This document shows, piece after piece, positions 62,607 to 64,000 of a DNA stretch of 64,000 nucleotides. The DNA comes from Microbacterium arborescens (lineage in GTDB: Bacteria > Actinomycetota > Actinomycetes > Actinomycetales > Microbacteriaceae), in the NCBI GenBank assembly GCA_036946435.1, contig JAQIJE010000008.1, forward strand, positions 19,715-83,714, in the 5' to 3' direction. The position numbers and the translations under genes are program-made. Each line of letters opens with the position of its first letter. Within the stretch, counting starts at the first letter, position 1. The notes below the pieces were generated by a model. The model was not told the origin of the DNA, ran no database searches, and was given only the letters and a program-made list of their open reading frames with translations.

Positions 62607-64000
62607 AAGAGCGAACGAAGCGTCCCGCGCTGGCTGCGCGTCGGCCTCCCCGTCCTGCTGGTGATGATCTGGTTGGTCGGCGGCACCGTCGGCGGACCGT
62701 ACTTCGGGCGCGTGGACGAGGTCGCCACCAACGACCGCTCGTCGTTCCTGCCGGCCAGTGCCGATGCGACACGCGTGAACGAGCGTCTCACCGACTTCAC
62801 CGGAGCCGACGAGATCCCCGCGGTCGTCGTCCTGGCCTCGGCGACCCCGCTCGACGACGCTCAACGTGCGGCCCTGACCGAGCTGGGCTCGGCGATCGCC
62901 GGGCTCGACGGTGTCGGCGAGGTCTCGCCGCCGATCCTCTCGGACGACGGCCTCGCCGCGCAGATGTTCGTGCCGATCGACGCGTCCGGCGAGGTCCGCG
63001 ACGTCGTCGAAGAGATCCGCACGATCGTGCAGGAGCAACTTCCGAGCGGCGTGGACGGGTGGGTCACCGGCCCCGCCGGCTTCACCGCGGACCTCGTGAA
63101 GGGCTTCCTGGGCATCGACGGACTGCTGCTCATCGTCGCGCTCGCCGCCGTGTTCGTGATCCTCGTGGTGGTCTATCGGTCCCCGCTCCTGCCGGTGCTC
63201 GTGCTGCTGACGTCGGTGTTCGCGCTGTGCGTGGCACTGCTGACGGTGTGGTGGCTGGCGAAGGCGGGCGTGGTCGTGCTCAACGGCCAGGTGCAGGGCA
63301 TCCTCTTCATCCTCGTCATCGGGGCCGCGACCGACTACGCGCTGCTCTACACGGCGCGCTACCGCGAAGCGATCGGATCGGGCGCCGCACGGTGGGAGGC
63401 GACGGTCTCGGCGTGGCGCGGCGCCGTCGAGCCGATCCTGGCAGCGGGGTTCACGGTGATCGCGGGCCTGCTGTGCCTGCTGCTGAGCGACCTCGCGAGC
63501 AACAAGGCCCTCGGCCCGATCGCCTCCATCGGAATCGTCTTCTCGATGCTCTCGGCGCTCACGTTCCTCCCGGCCCTGCTCGCCCTGTTCGGACGTGCCG
63601 CGTTCTGGCCCTTCATCCCGCGAACGGGGGCCGTCGATCTTCCCGATGACCCGCATGCGCCCGTGCGCGGGCTCTGGCCGCGTCAGGCGCGATTCGTCGC
63701 GCGCCGCGCACGCACCGTCTGGATCGCCAGCACCGTCGTCCTCCTGGCCGGGGCGGCCGGCGTCCTGCAGCTGCAGGCGGACGGGGTCCCCGCGAGCGAC
63801 CTGGTCCTGGGCGCCTCGGAGGCCCGGGACGGCCAGGTCACGCTCGCCGAGCACTTCCCGGCCGGATCGGGCAGCCCGGCGTCGATCATCGCGCCGGAGG
63901 ACCGGCTCGCCGACGTCCTCACCGTGCTCGACGACGCACCGGGGATCGCCTCGGTGTCGGCGGTCTCGGCCGACTCGCCGACCGGGCAGGCCGCCGTCTC
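62604..64000 (+). CDS. MMPL/RND family transporter, 3' end outside window
   Basis: Open frame from GTG 62604 (VKSERSVPRWLR..NDRSSFLPASADAT), with VTGPAG, VYRSPLLP, GAATDYALL..ARYRE, LTFLPALL. Missing from the ORF track because it has no stop in the window. Confidence 0.93.
   Translation, partial: MKSERSVPRWLRVGLPVLLVMIWLVGGTVGGPYFGRVDEVATNDRSSFLPASADATRVNERLTDFTGADEIPAVVVLASATPLDDAQRAALTELGSAIAGLDGVGEVSPPILSDDGLAAQMFVPIDASGEVRDVVEEIRTIVQEQLPSGVDGWVTGPAGFTADLVKGFLGIDGLLLIVALAAVFVILVVVYRSPLLPVLVLLTSVFALCVALLTVWWLAKAGVVVLNGQVQGILFILVIGAATDYALLYTARYREAIGSGAARWEATVSAWRGAVEPILAAGFTVIAGLLCLLLSDLASNKALGPIASIGIVFSMLSALTFLPALLALFGRAAFWPFIPRTGAVDLPDDPHAPVRGLWPRQARFVARRARTVWIASTVVLLAGAAGVLQLQADGVPASDLVLGASEARDGQVTLAEHFPAGSGSPASIIAPEDRLADVLTVLDDAPGIASVSAVSADSPTGQAAV

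Noticed and set aside
59286-64000. Genomic island integrated at tRNA-Thr
   Set aside because: No integrase, no duplicated tRNA 3' end in the window and no clear GC shift.

Overview
High-GC (~70%) actinobacterial chromosome segment. Gene content and order point to Microbacteriaceae, probably Microbacterium (inference). Most of it is core genome: ispG, proS, nusA-ylxR-infB-rbfA, mutY, truB-ribF, deoC, pfkA, ask-thrC, coaBC, asd, mqo-tdk, lldR-lldD, tRNA-Pro, ponA, ridA, acs, a tad/Flp pilus locus, topA-tmk-holB, metQNI and tRNA-Thr. It ends in a sugar-catabolism trio and a truncated MMPL gene. I saw no integrase, transposase, prophage or CRISPR array. Most notable: (1) the non-palindromic heptamer GGATGCC/GGCATCC occurs about 75 times by manual count, often forces rare codons, and forms inverted pairs in intergenic hairpins, much like a DNA-uptake sequence; (2) a nucleotidyltransferase gene is bracketed by 57-bp palindromic repeats that share a CGAG-N4-CACT end architecture with another long hairpin; (3) an HTH-NB-ARC-TPR (NLR-like STAND) gene has a small uncharacterised partner; (4) there is a 6C small RNA near the tad genes, not shown in the ORF track; (5) the SNF2 helicase carries a one-base frameshift; (6) smaller signals include a nested aspartokinase beta start, leaderless micro-ORFs and an odd-codon patch in ponA. 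All calls come from reading the sequence by eye; no database searches were run.
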